A stretch of DNA of 64,000 nt from a virus (lineage: Duplodnaviria > Caudoviricetes), in IMG/VR virus record IMGVR_UViG_3300025387_000009; one strand, given 5' to 3'. The notes beneath the pieces are model-generated. The model did no database searches. It had not been told where the DNA came from and was given only the letters and a program-made list of their open reading frames with translations. The number at the start of each line of letters is the position of its first letter. The stretch's first letter is position 1. Shown here in pieces: positions 63,267 to 64,000 of the stretch. The position numbers and the translations under genes were made by a program.

Positions 63267-64000
63267 TAGTTTGTAAAATTACCTAAAATCATTGACCCAT
63301 GATTATCCATTCCAAAATGTAATCTTGGGAAATTGTTATTTAACATAAATTCATCCAGTTTATCTTGGTTATTTGGACAATATAATAGTAGAAATCCGCC
63401 TCCACCTGCCCCAATTATCTTGCCACCTAACACACCAAAATATTTTTTAGTGTGTTCATAAATCTCATCAACGATAGGGACAGAAATTTTATTAGACAAT
63501 TGTTTTTTAAGTTGCCAATATTCGTCCATTAAAATACCATAACTTTCAAAATCGCCATCAAGTAAATAAGTTATTGTTTTTAAGCCATGCTCTTTAACAA
63601 TTTTTAATATGTCTTCGGAATTACCCTTCAGTTTCTGTTGATCAGAAAGAACTTCGGAAGCATCACGTTTAATGTTTAGATAATAAACACATAAATTAGA
63701 TATAAATTTATTTTTTAAACTTTCGTTTATCTTTAAATCGCTTACGTTTACATTACCATTCATTCCAATATTAAGAATTTTAATTCCACCGTATGCTGCA
63801 ATATACTGATCTTGTTTTCCTACTGGTTCTTTCAATCTGTTAATTTCTATGTCACATGCCTCTTCTGCGAGTATATGAGGCTCTCTATTAAGCTTTTTAT
63901 ATTCTCTTATGCAATTCAACGTTCCAACTAAAAAACTACCAGACGAACCTAGTCCAGTATTAGAAGGAAGATCCGCACAGGAATTTATTTCGCAACTATT
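63266..64000 (-). CDS. GHMP sugar kinase (heptose-7-phosphate kinase HddA-like), 5' end outside the window
   Basis: Frame open to the window edge: ADLPSNTGLGSS, GKQDQY.AAYGG, GGKIIGAGGGGF. Confidence 0.88.
   Translation of the reverse strand, partial: NSCEINSCADLPSNTGLGSSGSFLVGTLNCIREYKKLNREPHILAEEACDIEINRLKEPVGKQDQYIAAYGGIKILNIGMNGNVNVSDLKINESLKNKFISNLCVYYLNIKRDASEVLSDQQKLKGNSEDILKIVKEHGLKTITYLLDGDFESYGILMDEYWQLKKQLSNKISVPIVDEIYEHTKKYFGVLGGKIIGAGGGGFLLLYCPNNQDKLDEFMLNNNFPRLHFGMDNHGSMILGNFTN

Noticed and set aside
1-64000. Stop-codon reassignment
   Set aside because: Core genes are full-length in the standard code, and TAA, TAG and TGA all end genes at tight junctions.

Overview
64 kb, visibly AT-rich fragment of a large lytic T4-like myovirus genome; the host is unknown, but an outer-membrane-barrel-like gene suggests a diderm. 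Bases 1-12.8 kb (+) are an early/accessory region of small genes. The first 2.5 kb is an array of repeated 39-nt sigma70 promoter cassettes, each fused to a start codon 6 nt after the -10 box. It is followed by an OM beta-barrel, a metallophosphoesterase, an ABC-type ATPase, cysC and a DNA methyltransferase. Bases 13-26 kb hold nucleotide metabolism (dCMP deaminase, class Id-type nrdA/nrdB, phoH), an AAA+ ATPase, a PD-(D/E)XK nuclease, a flavodoxin-fold protein and head/neck-associated genes. Bases 26-46 kb (+) are the tail sheath, tube, baseplate, tape measure, terminase and a split gp5. Bases 46-64 kb (-) are the replisome (clamp, gp32, gp59-like, gp41, UvsX, ThyX, PolB, gp46), a free-standing HNH-NUMOD3 homing endonuclease and the start of a sugar-nucleotide/glycosylation cluster. 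The main non-gene signals are: (i) the promoter-gene cassette array; (ii) leaderless or near-leaderless initiation geometry across the window, with no Shine-Dalgarno motifs noticed; (iii) stop-N-ATG junctions; (iv) short peptide tags shared by unrelated proteins. I saw no tRNA, rRNA, CRISPR array, intron or intein. All calls come from motif recognition and synteny; no searches were run.
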